From Hyphochytrium catenoides (Eukaryota; Protista; Hyphochytriomycota), in the NCBI GenBank assembly GCA_900088475.1, contig FLMG01003815.1, positions 1 through 64,000 of the forward strand: a DNA stretch of 64,000 nucleotides. The letters run 5' to 3'. The notes under the pieces are model-generated. The model was not told the DNA's origin and ran no database searches. It saw nothing but the letters and a program-made list of their open reading frames with translations. Below are positions 39,761 to 52,800 of this stretch, piece after piece (the first letter of the stretch is position 1; each line of letters opens with the position of its first letter). Made by a program: the position numbers and the translations under genes.

Positions 39761-40089
39761 TTGGTCTTTTCCTCACTACCTAGTAGTAGTCTTGGGTTTT
39801 ACTTGCTTGTACTGTTATTCTTCTCTTTACCATGTACGTACACTTATTCATCTACCCTTTTGTGAGAAGCACTTCCCAATCCTAAGTCCTCTGCTTGGAT
39901 CGCATTTTGTTGCAGCCAAGGACCAATCAACTGATCTTTCATAGGAAAGAACGTCATCATTTGGGAAGAAAACAGCACTTGTCATCATGATGTCCTGCTA
40001 GTTCTGCTATGATAAGTGCCGAGCGCTCCTTCAAAATTACCCTCTGTTTCCCTTGCGGCTCTGTCCTTTGTAGTAACTACTACTAATAT

Positions 40090-40395
40090 AAAAGCCCTAG
40101 GAATCCCAACCGCTTGAGCCTACTTAGACTCGCAAGTCTGACACTGCTTTGTATGGCCGAGGTAGTAGGCATCCATGTTTACACATAACCAGTACCTGAA
40201 TATTGCAATGCTTGGGGCAAAGGCTCGAATTTGGTTTTGTCTCTGCGATGGCAATTCTTTTGACTTACGAATGTCTTGAACAGTGACCCGTCGGAACCAG
40301 CGTTCCGCGTGGACCTTTTCCAAACTTGCAAGGCACGAGCCATCCCGTGCAAGGCACGAGCCATACCATTCGCTTTTTTGTTCTATCTGGCACAT
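40090..40395 (-). mobile_element. Possible Ty3/Gypsy integrase zinc-binding relic
   Basis: RYWLCVNMDAYYLGHTKQCQTCESK*AQAVGIPRAL resembles the integrase pattern YWW..M...I..YV..C..CQ..K.....G.L.PL. The region also holds a 21-bp-period duplication at 40327-40364. Confidence 0.3.
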
Positions 40396-41147
40396 GGCCT
40401 AGTGGCCAGGTTAGGTCAAGAAGATAGGACTATACGATGGCGGAGGACAAGAGTCCAAGCTTCATATTAGTAAAAGAAGAAATGACGTCATTATTCATCC
40501 CTCCTGCATATGGTACGTACAAGGGATAGGACTATTCCTACCAAGTCAGGATCGTGCGCTGGTGAGCTGAAGGAGAATGCTCTGGACCGCGGGCAACCTT
40601 AAGGACGTTGTTCAGTCTCAACCATCGCCGGGTTACCTCTTACGTCAGGAGTGCTTGTTGTTTCAGTAGGGGCTAGTAGAAAACGAACAGTTGTTATTGG
40701 GCCTTTTCCACCCACGGAGCTCTATTCTTCTCGCAGCAGTAATCAATGTACCTCACGCAACCCTGGGAGGGGGGGAGATCAAGCGCAGCTGATAAACCCG
40801 GTGGCCGTAGCTCTACTGTGATAGGCAGACGGTGCTATCACTGACCTGATCCAGACCTGACAGTCATGAGTGCGTTTGTCGTTGCCTCACTTCTACCTCT
40901 TCGTAAAAATATGTTGCACTGGTAGCCCCAGACCCAACAGGTTCAGCCCCTCTGATTTTTTAGTAGAAAAGAGCTTTCGCTAGAAGGGTTGTAGCAGAAG
41001 ATGGTTCTCTTTCGGTTTTTTGTTGATTATTAGAGCCATAGCAGTACATGAATCAGTTCACTTGCAAGAAAGCGCTTATCATTTTCACAGTACTCGTACA
41101 GGTAGTATGACGGTTTTCCTATGAGAGGTCGGGTGGGGTCAAAGAGG

Positions 41148-41243
41148 TGATAATGAGTGAATGTAGAACTACGTACATGGCAAAAAAAAGGATTTAGACC
41201 TTGCGTACTGCTGACAATGAGTGAATGTACGTACATGGCAAAG
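41148..41243. repeat. Imperfect direct repeat (~32-38 bp)
   Basis: tgataatgagtgaatgtagaactacgtacatggcaaaa / tgacaatgagtgaatgtacgtacatggcaaag. Confidence 0.8.
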
Positions 41244-42451
41244 AGGAGTAGTAATAAAAGGAAAACATAACATCACCTTGTAAAGTTGGAGGAGAGCCAG
41301 CCTGGCCGCCTCAGTTCTGAAGGGAACAGTACACTAAGCCAACACTGCAACAATAATATGACTGGTGGGTAGGAGGCTAAAACGGTAGTGGGCATACTAT
41401 TATCGTGTTGTGAGCAATCCTTGTGAAAAAGCTCTCATCGCAATATTTATAATAAGCATTTTTGCACTCGTACCCATGCAGGCGTAGAACTGTTACGTAC
41501 CTAATAAAAACTGTAATCGTAGGGGATGCACCATGGGGGAACATAATAGCAACAGTATCGAATGTAGATGATGGAGCAAGACAGACAGCATTTTTGGTGG
41601 ACCAGCATAACCTCGCTTTGAATGCTCCTGCAACTCCTCCTCCTAGACGGTTCGAACTTAGGAAGCACCTGAATATGAGAATGCGAGTCACACGATAGAT
41701 AGTGACACCTCCACTAGGGTTGCTGGTTCTGGCTCTACAATTTATTTTCATTTGGAGAGCGAATAAGCGCCTTTCTCTCAGGTGAGAGATACGGAGCAAG
41801 AGGATGTACGTATCGCGGAACCTTCCAACACCACTTGAAAAAATAGAATTGTAAATGAATAACCATAAGAGACTCTGCGGCAATCCACGTTACACGCAAG
41901 GGTGAAATATTCATCTTGCTCAGGACAGCCAGAAAGGAGTCACGTACGGGTAATTGCTTGCTCTACGTAGGCTAAGTCTCCTAGGGTTAGTTGTCGTCCT
42001 TCAGCCGTCACACGCTTCAAGCACCACGTACCTCGACCTTCATACCTTTGTTGACTGTTCAGGGGAAAAGACTGATGTCAGGAAGTCCACATATTAGGGC
42101 TGGTGCATGCACCATGGTGAAAGCGATGTCGGCAGTTAAATGCTGTTTCTCTCTCTGACTTCTTTCGAGAATCAGAACCGTATGCCTCTTGTACCTCCCT
42201 CTCATTGGACATTAAGTGCTTTCCTCATTGCGCTGGTGCCTGATATTCTAGGACTCTGCTGCTCTAAAATGACGGCCAGTCCTGGTAGCAGGAAAGCCTT
42301 TAGTTTCTCCAATACGCGTACGCTGTTCCGATCCCGTCAAGGTTGTCACTTGACAATTTCCTCAATCCCTCTCAACTAGACCCAGTCCTCTAGTAGGAGT
42401 GCCCGTCCCAAGCGTTACAATAGCCTTACAAGCTTCAACACTTCGTCCAAG

Positions 42452-43375
42452 ATGGTGAACGTCACCCAGACCGCACTTATACTTACTGGCCTGCTTGCCG
42501 CAGGAGTGCAGACGGCAGTTGCGACCGAGAAGATTGACGACTGGAGCAAAGTTAATGTAGTTGTCACCCAGTTTGACGAGGCAAAATGTGCTGAGAGAGG
42601 TGGTAGCTATGACAATAAGAAAGCTGAAGGAGCCAATGTTGAGGGAGGAGCTTGCTACCTAAAGAACGGTGAAGACCTTCTTGCTGTCTTCGGTGTGAAG
42701 GACAGCGAGTTCTCTACCTCCAAAATCAACCTGCAGGAAGTCGACATGCTTGTAAATCACTTCTGGCCAGTGCCAAAGGATGGCAATGCCGCCTCGATCA
42801 CTATCGTGCAAAACGATGACACTACCGGCAAGATTGTCTACAACGTCAAGCTGAAGACGGACTGCAAAATCGAAGGAGAGGAAATCCAAGTGCTCGAGTC
42901 GCTGTCCCAGTGGGATAGCGACAAGGATTTCCCAGCTCTAACGATGCAAGCCACTTTTAAGGACGGTTTCCTTACATTGAATGGCTCTACAAGTGAGATC
43001 AAGGGTAACAAACGCTTCTATCAGTTCAATGCCATCGGTGCGCTGGCCAAGGACAAACTCTGCAAGGAAGCAGCATCTTTCTCTGTGGTTCCTGCTGACA
43101 GTTGGTTCGGGTACAGAGCGAAGCAGTCGGGCAACTGGCGTTTCGGGTTTGGCGAAGACTATAAGTGCAAGGAAGATGACAAGATATGTTCAGCAGCCAT
43201 GCCACGTGATACTGTCTTGTCATCAGTCGGAACATCAAGTGGTGACGCCCCAACCCCTTCAGGCGAAACAAAGGAGACTACCACTTCCACAGCTACAGCT
43301 TCGCCGCCTCTTCTGTGGCTGGCTGGTCTCACCTCTGCGGCGGTTGCGGCTTTGTCTTCTGTGGTCTTTGCTTGA
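42452..43375 (+). CDS. Secreted, probably GPI-anchored surface protein of unknown family; single exon
   Basis: 307-aa clean ORF with signal peptide MVNVTQTALILTGLLAAGVQTAVA and a 6-Cys ectodomain. It has an S/T-rich stalk (TSSGDAPTPSGETKETTTSTATAS) and a terminal hydrophobic tail (PLLWLAGLTSAAVAALSSVVFA) with no cytoplasmic residues. Confidence 0.85.
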   Translation: MVNVTQTALILTGLLAAGVQTAVATEKIDDWSKVNVVVTQFDEAKCAERGGSYDNKKAEGANVEGGACYLKNGEDLLAVFGVKDSEFSTSKINLQEVDMLVNHFWPVPKDGNAASITIVQNDDTTGKIVYNVKLKTDCKIEGEEIQVLESLSQWDSDKDFPALTMQATFKDGFLTLNGSTSEIKGNKRFYQFNAIGALAKDKLCKEAASFSVVPADSWFGYRAKQSGNWRFGFGEDYKCKEDDKICSAAMPRDTVLSSVGTSSGDAPTPSGETKETTTSTATASPPLLWLAGLTSAAVAALSSVVFA

Positions 43376-43884
43376 GAGAGGGAAGTGGAGCTATTTTAGG
43401 ACTCAGACCTCTATCACTCGGTCCTTTTCTACGTAACACCCCTCCACCATCTCCGTCTTTAGGCTACCATACCGCTGCGCTTTCGCACTACCACCACCAC
43501 GTCTGAGCTCGTCCTGCTCTCTTATCCTTTTCCACTTAGCAGCAATATGATGATAGCTGACAGACGATGATACAATAGATTATAACCTATCATAAGTTCA
43601 CATCCTTCACTAACAGTATAAGTCATCCGCTTGTCTTCTTCTACTCCTCCACTCTAACCCTGCGTAGAACTATATTTGCAAAGATGCAAGCCCGTGTTAT
43701 CTCTCTTATGAATGAGTAGTAGTGAGTAGAAGAAGAAAGAAAAGAAAAGAGGTAGAAAGGAAGAAAGCTAAATAACAAGTAAGGCGAACGTAGAAAATTG
43801 GAGAAAATGGTTAGGAGCAAGAGAGAAGTGAAGAAGAAGAAGTGAAGAGCCACGAGCGCAAAGAAGAATTGATTGAACGCTCCG

Positions 43885-44330
43885 GCTACCCGCCAACATG
43901 ATCGTCAACAATAACTTCCCGGTGGTTACCTTTCTCTTTATTATACTGCAAGGTAATAGGGGAAAAGTCAGTGAAGCATGAGGACACCACTTTCTGGCAG
44001 AAGAGGAGGTTCCATGAACTAACTAGGAGGAGGCAGCATACGCTAGAGAATTCCATACTACGCACTTGGCTTATGATGGCGAAAGGAAGTGCAAGTATGA
44101 AGTCCTGACCAGAGGGAGCTGGCGGGTCTATCACCAGGTTTACACCCACGGAAGAGCAATGACATGGTTGTTGAAGCTTCACCTCACATGCACAATCCAA
44201 GAACTTGCGCGCCGTAATAGCGCGTTCGAGAGAGTACTCACCAAAGCATGCAACAACGGAAGTCCAGCCCTGCGACACGAATGTTTTAGAATATGATAGT
44301 GCAGCTGAGTATCCTCATCACGCCTCTTAA
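43885..44330 (+). mobile_element. Degraded pogo/Tc1-mariner (DDE_1) transposase relic
   Basis: PANMIVN...; VV(D)SFTSH with a 1-nt frameshift; PKHATTEVQPCDTNVL (44241-44288) matches the DDE_1 motif P...T..LQP[CL]D..V. In-frame stops. Confidence 0.5.
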
Positions 44331-45040
44331 GGCTTATCATCTGCTGTGAACAAAGCGAGCTAACAGCTTCATCATGTCTCATCCCTCTTCTCGGTCGTTC
44401 GAGCCCTGTCCCTGCATCATTTGCTGATGGGACTTCCCGCCGCATCGCTCGCGTTGTAAAATGCGCGCGCGGCTGTAGAAACCAGGGTAGAATCTGAGGA
44501 GAAGTTAGTCTGCAGGTTGAGATGGAGAAAGATGAATGCGAATACATTTGGAAGCTTATTATATTTTGATAGAGTTCTTTTAATGCCATTTTTTCATGTA
44601 AGAGAATCTACCGGTAAGGGGGGCTAAGTAGAAGAGTAAAAGTTGAAGTCTGTGCGACGTTAACAGGATGATGCATATGAATCTTATTACATTCTACTCC
44701 CAAAGCTTCGTCTCTGCTGGTCTCATCATTTAGTTCTATCCATCACTTCTTGGCCCAGCTGCAGCATTGAAAGGCATCTTTCTGTCTCCCTGAAGTCGAT
44801 CGATAGCACCGAGTAAATCTCCTCACGCGCTCAGAAAGGTCATACGAGCGTCATCAAGGCCTGCCTGTTGTCCAGCAGAGCGCCTTCCTCCGCTCTGACT
44901 GAAGGCGAGACACCCAGGAACTAGGATGCCTTGCGGAGATGAGACATCGCCTGCATATGCTGTCATACTCCAGAAAGAATGAACTCTCCTACTTTCGTAC
45001 CAGCATGGTCGGTATAGCGACATCTTTCTGACGAAGCCAC

Positions 45041-46469
45041 TTGCATGAAGCTCATTTTTTGCGTAAGAGCAGGCAAACCTACATAGATTGTAAACCTTCT
45101 GCGCCTGGATGTGGCACCATTCTCTCGAGCGGATGTCAGTCGATTGACAAGGTCCTTCATGGTGGCTTCCGCTCCGGTAGTATTTATGAGCTTGCAGGTG
45201 AAGCAGGTTCTGGGAAGACACAAATTGCCTTGCAGCTACTACTTCAGGTGCTATTTTATGTCCATAGTTTTGACGCACCGCATACATGGTTCATCCTCGT
45301 ATTTCTCTACATTAGGCCCAGCTCCCGCCAGAGCTCGGTGGTCTTGGCTCCCGTTCTCTCTATATATCTACGGAGGGTGATGCCCCAGTCAGACGCTTGC
45401 ATCAGCTTGCGCAGGACTTTCAGGTGACTTCTGGGAAGCTCTTTGTGCCTCTATGCAAGTGTTGGTATATTAAGACTCCCAGCGGCTTATTTACTTGAAC
45501 TTCCCTCGACAGAATCGGAAAGCTTTGGAAACAAAGTCTAACCAGCACGTTGAGTTAGACCTTGAAAAGATCTACGTCGAGAGCCTGCAGAGTGTAGAGG
45601 AGCTAGTGGACCTGATTAAGAATCGCCTACCGCTCCTGCTGGAGCAACGTTCAGACGTAGCTCTTCTAGTTTTGGACTCTATCGCGGCCTTGTTGAGAAC
45701 AGAAATGCTCTCCACGCCACAGGTGGAGTCTTATACCAATGAACTGTTTGGTCTACACGTCTCAAGTATTGTCTGCGGTTTACCTCCAGAGCATGGCAGC
45801 TAGAGCCAGAGTGATGTTCAAAATTTCGGCCGCATTGAGGTCGCTGAACAAGAAGAGAAGAATATGGTGCATTGTCATCAATCAGGTTGACCTACCGCTA
45901 CCTTGGCATCCCATTGAATCTGATGTTACACCCACGCTCGCTAGGTGACAAGTGTGGTTTCTGAAGATGATTTGTCACCAAGTTGCGGGTCAACGCGGGG
46001 ACGTGTAGTCCCATCCTTAGGATTGGCATGGGCAAGCTGCGTCAATCACAGGTATCATTTTTGCGTTATGAGGAATAAGTCTCTACTTTTAGTGTTGAAT
46101 AACCCGGCAAGGCGCAATATTGCCACTAAACGTTATCTGGTGTTCGTCATCTGCAGGATCGTCATCAAAAGGGCATCGATGCTTGGGACCCCATCGTATG
46201 CTGAGCCTACATTGAAAAATTTGTCGAGAACGACTAGGTGAGAAATCCTCTCCTTCCCTCTGAGAGGCACAAAGGGTCCCTTAAGGTTCATATATGGCAG
46301 TGCTCAGAACGCCAAGGAGAAAGGGCGTGAGATGGAAGCTTTCGAGGCCAACAACAAGACGACAAGCATCTCTGTCCGGGAGATGCAGGTCGCTTTTTCC
46401 TCCTATGTCCCTCTTGGAATAGCAGAGTTTATCATCGCCAAGGACGGCATAAGAGATTATGTTAGATGA
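45041..46469 (+). CDS. XRCC3: RAD51 paralog, XRCC3-like (multi-exon; start uncertain)
   Basis: LSSGCQSIDKVLHGGFRSGSIYELAGEAGSGKTQIALQLLLQ|AQLPPELGGLG (Walker A), LLVLDSIAALLR (Walker B), IVINQV, VPSLGLAWASCVNHR, and C-terminal REMQVAFSSYVPLGIAEFIIAKDGIR. Confidence 0.85.
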
Positions 46470-46580
46470 GTTCCTCTTCTCACCTGACCAAGAACCATAT
46501 TTACTAGATCCAAAGTGTCTTCTAATGGCCATTGCATTATGATGAGGATGATACCATGAGACGTATTCGTAGAGCACTTG

Positions 46581-49500
46581 ATGAGGATGCAGGGACTACG
46601 CTCACAAATGTGGCGGCAGATGCAAAATAGGAAGATGAATGAAGAACCGGCTGCTGACAGCCGAATACAGCAAGAACAGGTCTTTTTTGAACCGAAAACA
46701 GTCACTACCATAAGGTTCCTTCCTTACTTAAATCTTGACCTGGAAAAGGCAACCGGAAATAACAAAGCTGTTACGCAGATTGTTACTTTCTATATGCATC
46801 GATACGAATACGGAAGCACGGAGCTCTTCCTAGACATGAAGATCTCTCTCAATCTCATCTCTCCGTACTCATCACAGCTATATTATCAGGTGAAAGAGCG
46901 CATCTCAGAGTGCATCCGCCTAGTGTTACCCCGTCGCTTCAGCTCATTAGAGAGCTTTCGATGTTCTGTTCAGCTGCCATGTAGGACGAACTGCTTGAAT
47001 GTGTTGATACCCTGCGGCAATGGCTTCTCTTGACTTCAGTGTGTACCGGGACGCCTTCCATCGCTTGTAAGTGGAGTTCTCATATGTATCTCGACTCTTA
47101 GACTCATGAGGCTCGATGCCTGTTACGGTTGTTGTCTAGGTATGAAGAGCACATTAATGATGAGGCTCAGCAGCGCGCACTTTCTAAGCTCGCGGCTGAG
47201 TGTAACCACCTCAACCTCGCGCATTGGCTAACGGATAAACAGCAGGCCAAGCTAGAGTTTTTTTCATACTTCTTATCGCAGCTATCAGATCTTGGAATTG
47301 CAAGTGATGAGATTGGTAGGTTCAGTGCTCTTTGGGGCCGGCCTACAAAGGAGACGGCATACAAGCCACGATCTTCCTCTCTCATACATGGTGCTCATCG
47401 ACACAGACTTCAAGGCGTTAGAAGGTGGGGCTACCAGACAAACTCGCGATAGTTTGCGAAATTGTGAACTTCAGGTCGAAACTAGCGATAAAGGGGAACT
47501 AAGTGGGCAACCGGCAGGTAGGGTGGCAATTAGACCGCTGTCAAGGTGTTGCCTCAAACCTAACTGCCCTTGCCAGACCCTTCCTCAAAGAGGATCCGAG
47601 ATTCTGATGATGGAGAGAGGCAGACTTCAAGTGGCGAGGACTCAGCGACAAAACGCAGACGGACTATTCCGACACGCTATGTTGGTAGGTATATGGCCGA
47701 GCAAGCCCGGGGGTAATGCGGAGAGAAGGAGAGATCAAAGAAATGACGGCATTTCGAAAGCGGAGATCGACCTTACCGGCTTTGCAATGTACTTGTAGAT
47801 GAGTTTCTGCCACTGAAGACTTTAACGCCATCAAAGGTCGACTTGCAGCTAAGTGATTCTGGGCAGAACCCTTTGCCTTCTGCGACATTGGATGTACAGA
47901 GAAGGGCTGACCAGGTTCGTCTTGGTTGGAGCGTTAGCTTTAGGTGCAGAGGTCGACATTTTGGTCCTGCACATTTCTTTTTAGCATTTGTCTCCACGTA
48001 ACTGGAAGCGGAAAATGCTGCTATCCAGTGGCCTACCAATGGAGAATCCACATCAAGGTCGTAACGTTCTCTGCCTCTAGGCAGTTTCTGGCATTCGTCT
48101 TTATCGGGATGTTACTTTCGATTTTCTTCAGCTGACAAGCACGAGAGTTCGTCTCTTGCCGCACCCTTCCTATTCCTATGCCAACTGCTGGCGATGGAGC
48201 ACTTTTAAGTCCTTCTACTTCTCTAGGAGTCACGTCCAACTGCTCAGACAGAGAAGACTTCGCGCTACGGAAAATTCGGCAGACCTACTTCCATAACCGA
48301 ACTCACCCGTAATATTGGTGCTCATAATAAGCAACTTCTCGCAGCAATAAAGCTCTTACATGAGCTTCGAGGAGGTACGGCTTAATGATGTGTCTGAAGA
48401 GTTATAAGTAGACCTAGCAAGACGGTGTCTTGATCTTAGAAAGTTCTTAGCAACAACCGTGAATGCCTTCAGAGCCCTGACTCATCTTCCCACAGTTTCT
48501 TCGGCATTGGTCAACGTAACATTTATTGGGAAGGATGTCGTCTTTATGCGGCAAGAAGATTCCATGCGAGTGCCCCCAAGAAATACGGCTGTGGTCCTCT
48601 TGGTTGCCCGAAGAAGGACAGGAAAGAAGCGTGGTGAGTTTTCCATAGGTTCGTCAGCAGTTTTCGGCCTACTCATGAACCTGTCCACTTTGTCACTTAA
48701 GCAGGCATCGTCCGGGGACGCCTGGAGCTCATACACGTAAGGTTATTCTCTAGAAAAGTACAAGGCGGTAGAAGGATTTTCGTTGGATGTCTTAGCCATC
48801 CCTAATATGTTCGCATGCTCTAATTGCACCGGCACAGGAGAAGTTGCTTAAAGTCACCGATGATATGCCAGAGAGCAACAGAACTAGGAAGTCTGTAACA
48901 AGTGGGGGCCCGCTGCTGCAAAGAAACATCCCGCTTCCAGTGCGAAAGGTTCGCCTGGTATCTCTCTTGAACACTGTTGCCCGTCCACTCAACCTGGGTC
49001 TGTTGTCTTCTGCCCCCTCACTTCCAGCTGTTGAGCGCTTCGAAGCAGAAAGAAGAGAAGGAGAAGACAAAGCGACCGCTAGTCAGGAGTCAGATGAAAT
49101 ATGCTCCAGTTCAACCAAGGAAAGCTCTGCTACTGCGAGAGTTCCCTGTACAGAAGCCATTGGGCGTTCCAGAGTCCCAGTGGGTGGCCTTAGCACCACC
49201 TCCACCAGGTAAGCACAGGAGTCCGTTGCTGTTATACCAAGAGCATCTACGCTTGCTCACCAAGGCAGCTTGTTGGGATAGACTCTCCTTCAAGAAAGTA
49301 CGGCTTTGCTTCTGCTTCTGTCAGCGGAAAAGAGGTACTTGCCTCCAGCTGGCTCGCCAACAAGCGCAGTGGACCTCCGTCAAGAGCAGTTGATCAGAGT
49401 TTCGACCCATCTTTGCCATCCTCAAGCAGCAGCAAGAGCAACGCGGCATTTGCTAGTCAAGAAAAGCATTCAAGAATACCATCTAGCCTTCAGGACCCGC

Positions 49501-49738
49501 ATATGCAGAGTGCTGTGGACACAATTCCATCCTGGGATTCTATTTTCCCGAGCGCACCAATGATAAGCTCCATGGTATATTTGCGAACTCATTGTACGAC
49601 TAGCTTGACCACTTGCTGACGACCTTTCCTCTTACGTGTTGCGACTAGACGGACAGTCAGAGAAGAGCTACGGGCCTTCGAAACTTCACCATTCCGCCAC
49701 CTCCGCCTTTATTTGAGCCAGTTGCTTTCCTGCCTTGA
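46581..49738 (+). CDS. Hypothetical multi-exon protein (ordered N-terminal region, long Ser/Pro-rich disordered C-terminus)
   Basis: Chain of mostly phase-compatible GT-AG exons: VTQIVTFYMHRYEYGSTELFLDMK...; YEEHINDEAQQRALSKLAAECNHLNLAHWL; DPSSKRIRD..ATKRRRT (NLS-like); last exon ...IPPPPPLFEPVAFLP*. The middle exons are not fully resolved, so it may be two genes. Confidence 0.5.
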
Positions 49739-49837
49739 GCTGATATGGTGCTGGGGACAGAGAAAATCCGAGATATTTATAAACAGACTGTGTTAACCAC
49801 AGGGGTTGGCAAGTTATTTATGAAAACAGAGATACCT

Positions 49838-52800
49838 CTAGGACGAGGAAGAGTGAGAGAATGGACTGCCAGTGACCCAAAGGGGAAAGTAGGGATCACT
49901 CAATGGAACCAAGTCGTCTATACATAGGGTAGGCAGGTATCTGGCTGGCTTGTAATTGCAGCCTCCGTGCATTCGATTCGTCAACTCAATATATTGCAGC
50001 CGCTGGAGGCTGGAAGCATCTATTGCCGCGCGGCTGCGTATATCGGCCTAAGTTGATGGCAAGCGTTTGTTAATATACGAAGCGGAAGGAGGGTTTAGGC
50101 AACGTGTTGAGAGTTTAGAGACTGTCGAAACCAAGTGGTTGGAACAGTTGTAGCATAAGCGCCTTGATCGAGAGACACAATCACTCTCCTTGGCACGCTC
50201 TTACCGCTTTTGATCTAAAGCTCTCCGATAGATTAAGAAGAGCAATCTGCGAATAGGATAAACCCTTCTCGTTAGGTTTGGGACAGAATCAAACAATAGA
50301 GCTCTCCTACCTCAAGGTCTTCCTGTGTTGGAGCCTGTGTCTCTGGTCGTCTGAGCTGCTCCAGTATTGGGGCACCTTGCGGATCTTGGTCTTTGCCAGC
50401 ATTAGAGAGCAGCTGAGTATACCTTTGTACCATTATATTGTGCTCTAGCACCGCGCTAGGGCAAATAAGGGGTGATTGAGCGTCCGACGGTGAGAGGTGA
50501 TAGGGGTAGGCAATGATTAGTGACGACAGTAGCTTGAATTGAAGAGAGTTTTGGGTTAAGCGAAGCCTTATCCGTTCCTTACCGATGTAGTTCTTGCCTT
50601 GCCCTGCGGACCAGTTTTATCCGTTCCTCTTCCTGTCGCTCTAACATCTCCCGATCGAATCCGCACCATTTACTACATGTAAAGCACAACGATGCCGCCA
50701 AACATGCGGGTCAGAAACTCGGCGGTTTATAAATTCCTCAGCAGGCAAGATTGGACATGTCGAATGAGTGACTAGTACTTGCCAGCAGGTGCGGGCTCCA
50801 ATCATACCAGAAAAAGCAATGCACGAAAGTACAGGGCATGGTGAGGCGACGCAAAGAAGAACTTACGCTAGATATGGTGCTGCAAGCTCTATACGATCCG
50901 ATGGCGTGAGGCTAGGGCAGTAGCTGACAGCTGTCAGCACCTTTCCTGGCTGACGCTCTGCTACTCCAGGTAGAATTTCCTGCAAGGTAGAGCCACCAGA
51001 CGCTCGCTTAGAATAGCCATGGTTCTCATAAGCTTTCCTATCCCCACTATAACCATTTGGCAGCTTTTCGACAGCTCTCATCCTGAGTCCGCAAACATGT
51101 TTATTACCTCTTTCTGGAGGGCGGCAGTCTTGCCTCTGTGCGTCATCTTCAACCTCAGTCCCTCTGTCGAATTGTTAAAGCGGTAATGTTTTCAAAGTTG
51201 GCTAGCTGAAACAAGAAAGTAACGGTGACAGACTCCTCACCTTCTTGATCACCATGCTTCTTTAGACTTTTTGACTGCGGTTTGGCTTTCTTCTTCCTTT
51301 TTGAGGTTCCTTTGGCAGTTCCCTTAAAAGAGCGCTCCGAGGTGGCCCTAGGTGCTTGCAGCTTGACGTCATCAGGAATTGGAGCAGAAGCACTCGTCGA
51401 GGCGTTGCCCGTAGTTAGCGAACGTTGAGGCACCAGGTCTTTGTTCTCCTCTAAGACTTTGGCACTCCTTAGCTGATCCGGCGAGATGTCCGACGGTCTT
51501 TTGAGGACAGCAGCTGCCGCCTGTGGGGTTGTCAAGTCTGAACTTTCCCGCGCAGTGCAACTGGTATCTCTTGTAGGAGTTTCGCGGAGGGGCTGCAACG
51601 GTGACTTGGCACTTTCACTGGAAGACGTGAAGGGAGATGGACACGAGACCAGCTTTGGTGGTGTCGGTGGCTCATTCTCCTTCCTAGAACTGCAGGCCTG
51701 AAGGAAAGACACTGAGTCGGAAGCCAACGCCTAGCGCACAGGTAAGACAGGACTATACAGAAAAAACAGCTACATCGTCTTCCTACGTTCTCATCCTGAA
51801 TTGGCGGCGCGGAAAACATGCTGTGGGCATCAATACTCTGGGAGGTAACACTCTGAGAGGCTTTCTTTTGTAACCCTCTGTTGCTGTCTCTGTTCTCTAA
51901 GACGTCAGACAGGGCTTCGTCCTTGCAATCTTCTCTTGGTGCCAGCAGCCGAGTTTTTTTCTCCTGGCTCGCCTTCGGAGATGGCCAATCAAAAGAAGCT
52001 TTGACATGCGTCTTCTCTGAAGTAGTCCCGCTATCCCCAATCGTTGCTTTTACCACCTTTGGAGATCTTGCCTTCTTTGTCGTCTTCTTCTCCTTCTTCT
52101 TTCCCTTTTTAGGTTCTTTTTCTTTGAGGGCTATGTACAGGAGCGGCGCTCTTAGTTTGCGTTAGGTTGCTCTTTCAGCATGTAGCATGGGGCACAACGT
52201 AAAGCAAGGCCGGAGGAGGAATGAGAACAGAGGTGCGTTGATTGGACCGCCTACCTGTTTGTTTGTTGTCCAATAATGGGCTGGAGCGACTCTGTAAAGT
52301 TCGGATCTCAAGCTCGCCGGAACCTTTTCCTTCAGCCGCGGTAGCCGTCGCAAGCAACGGGGCGTTTTCTGTCAAAGGAAGGTTATAACGCTGATTCGGT
52401 TCCCTGCCACTCTGTGAAGCGTCGTTCTCGAACACATCTGACCTTTGCTGGAATGGGCCAAGGCGGCAGACACGGCGACTCCCGGGTCTACCTGAGATAT
52501 CAGCTGCAGTGGTCCGTGAATTCCTAGTGCATCCGAGATGGCATGATGGTATACTGCCCCGTCTGAGCAAATTACCAATGAATCCCTACCATCCTGTCGG
52601 GTGATGAGGGAAGTGATTCCAAGAACCAGTCAGCCCCAGACTAGGCGACTTGAGGTGGTCATAAATCGTGGCAGAGGCCAAGAAAGAGGCTGCAGATTGA
52701 GAAAGAGGAAGGGTGCCTTACCGGCGTGCCGCATATGGAGGTTATGGTCTTCATTAGCCTTCGCCGTTTCAATACTGAAGTCGGATTATCTTTCGATGAG

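Noticed and set aside
41377-41883. 168-aa minus-strand ORF in the island
   Set aside because: Non-ATG start, no family motifs and no coding-like composition. Probably spurious.
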